DNA of 64,000 nucleotides from Octopus sinensis (lineage: Eukaryota): NCBI RefSeq assembly GCF_006345805.1, contig NW_021836146.1, positions 1 through 64,000 of the forward strand, read 5' to 3'. The position numbers and the translations under genes were made by a program. Every line of letters starts with the position of its first letter. Positions within the stretch are counted from its first letter, which is position 1. Below the pieces are notes generated by a model that was not told the origin of the DNA, ran no database searches, and saw only the letters and a list, made by a program, of their open reading frames with translations. Shown here one piece after another: positions 63,046 to 64,000 of the stretch.

Positions 63046-64000
63046 CATGATAAAGCTAAAACAAAAGAATTCTCAAGATATATGCATATTACTCAAAAAT
63101 AAGTGTTATAGAGGAAAAATTTTCTTTTAACTCTTCACACACACTCACATACACACTACATCCAATATTTCAAGAGAATACCATTGACTGAATCTTTTAC
63201 ATGACCTGAAGAACAAAGTATACTGCAATCTATTTGATGCACTAGTTTACTTTGAATGTCTACGAATTAATACCACATTGAGATTTCAGCTTTTGGCAAA
63301 TATACTACCACTAAAAGGGTAGATTGAAAAAGTTGCCAGAAATTCTTTATATATTGATGTTAAAGGAGAAATATATGGAATTTCCAGAAATCCGTAGACT
63401 TCTAAAATGGGCTATGGCAATATAGATCTATCGATTCAACAGAAGCTCGCTTTTTACTTAAGATAGGAGAAACCTAATAGCAAGTATAATACAATCAGGA
63501 AATTCTCTAAAATGAAGAATTTGGTATCTTTGACAAACATGAAAGATCATAATTCAGTTGAATCATTTTAGTTTTATTTTTGTATTTTATATCTAAAAAT
63601 CTACCTGCAATGCAATAATGGAGAGAAAAGAACTTATGCAAGTTTAACTCACTTGAAACATTAATTGTTGTCAAGTTTGAAACTAAAAGCTATAATTAAA
63701 TTTCAAATTCTTTATAATTGCTATCTTTAGTGATCACTATTCTCTTTTACACATTTCCCAAACAACTACAGTTTTGAAAAAGTTCTAAATTTGAATTTAT
63801 ATCTAGTCAAATTCTCTTTGCATCTGTCAACTTTTAATACAATCAAGCTTCTTTTCTTTGAATGTGTATCTGTATAAGTGTGTGTATGTGTGTGTGCACG
63901 CATACACACACACAGACAAATACATGTAATATAAGTTATTGCAATTGATGAGTATCACTGAAATATATTCCTTTCTCACTCTGAGAACTATTGTGATTGC

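Overview
AT-rich, repeat-dense eukaryotic DNA. The SINE and LINE families and the microsatellite load look like an octopod cephalopod (Octopus-like) genome; this is my recognition of the repeats, not a database result. No intact host gene can be named. All recognisable protein-like ORF fragments are decayed transposons: R4/Dong-type RLE LINEs, RTE LINEs, CR1/L2-type LINEs and mariner. Also present are several tRNA-derived SINE families, RTE-tail short elements, non-autonomous Helitrons, hAT and piggyBac-like MITEs, and Penelope-like termini carrying hammerhead ribozyme cores. A few splice-bounded micro-exons on the minus strand suggest, weakly, that the window lies within introns of a minus-strand gene. 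The most unusual structures are: (i) a near-identical 545-bp unit arranged head-to-tail and then inverted inside an (AT)n tract (51.8-53.6 kb); (ii) a minimal type I hammerhead with an extra core A (15.05 kb); (iii) a serial pile-up of R4/Dong 3' ends in TAA repeats (3.9-6.6 kb); (iv) a 1.12-kb tandem duplication carrying a 144-bp-arm fold-back; and (v) several other long hairpins. No rRNA, true tRNA or CRISPR array was seen.
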